64,000 nucleotides of DNA from Botryllus schlosseri (taxonomy: Eukaryota): contig CM119371.1 in the NCBI GenBank assembly GCA_051294905.1, positions 26,228,001 to 26,292,000 of the forward strand. The letters run 5' to 3'. Position numbers and translations under genes: made by a program. Of this stretch, positions 63,431 to 64,000 are shown piece after piece. Under the pieces are notes generated by a model. The model made no database searches and was not told where the DNA came from. It saw only the letters and a list, made by a program, of their open reading frames with translations. Position 1 is the first letter of the stretch; every line of letters begins with the position of its first letter.

Positions 63431-64000
63431 GCTTAGGTGTTTGATTGCAAAATTACGTTTCAAGTGATTGTTCTATTTTTCAATTCCTACTTATTTTTCT
63501 TGAAATGAATTATCGCTCAAATACATTTTCTTGGCCAAATTCTGAAGTAAATGCTAGCTTTTACAATAAAAATGGAAGAGCCGTATTCACCATTGTTAGT
63601 GCGGAAATGATCGTGACCTATGCTTCCGTGATCAATTATCAAGCTTGCGCACCCCTGACCTATAGCATATATATAAGATAGAATAAAATGGGTATTGTTA
63701 TTGAGGCAGATTGACATGAAATCATAGTCTTCTTATAATTGATGTGCGAAACATTGATATCACAGTCCCAACCCAACCCATTCACCAAAATTTGTGTACA
63801 TAATACAGGTATACCTCCACAGTATACAATTTCACTTGTAAATGGTGCGTTACGACGTTAACATACCACAGGCCAATATTACACAGTTTCTTTGTCATTA
63901 GGTCATCATTTTGTTGTATAAATAATTGGTCAGAATAAATTGCTTGATTATTCTTCGGTGGGTTATCGCCACATGGTTTCTAATATTTTTAATTCAGGTG

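Overview
Repeat-rich eukaryotic (metazoan, probably invertebrate) genomic DNA with spliceosomal GT-AG introns; no prokaryotic operons, CRISPR or rRNA seen. Candidate host genes, built by hand from splice sites and phase: (1) two paralogous minus-strand two-coding-exon genes, each encoding a 94-aa protein that is little more than a C3HC4-type RING finger (6618-4424 and 26608-21657); (2) a multi-exon single-pass LRR receptor with LRR-CT, TM helix and short tail with no visible TIR (41163-47703, first exon not found). Mobile DNA dominates: a full-length I/Nimb-type LINE (31753-37193, 14-bp TSD, ORF1 + APE/RT/RNase H ORF2 split by one extra T); a decayed intron-containing PIF/Harbinger (nuclease plus convergent Myb/SANT gene); an 8.2-kb CACTA/EnSpm-type element (52939-61102) carrying a 6-exon accessory gene but no recognisable transposase; a 4.2-kb foldback element with ~1.05-kb arms (16165-20394); and many nested non-autonomous hAT-type elements with checkable 8-bp TSDs. 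There are also tRNA-derived SINEs, a truncated L2/Crack-like LINE and a 115-bp tandem array. All family assignments come from motif recognition, not database searches.
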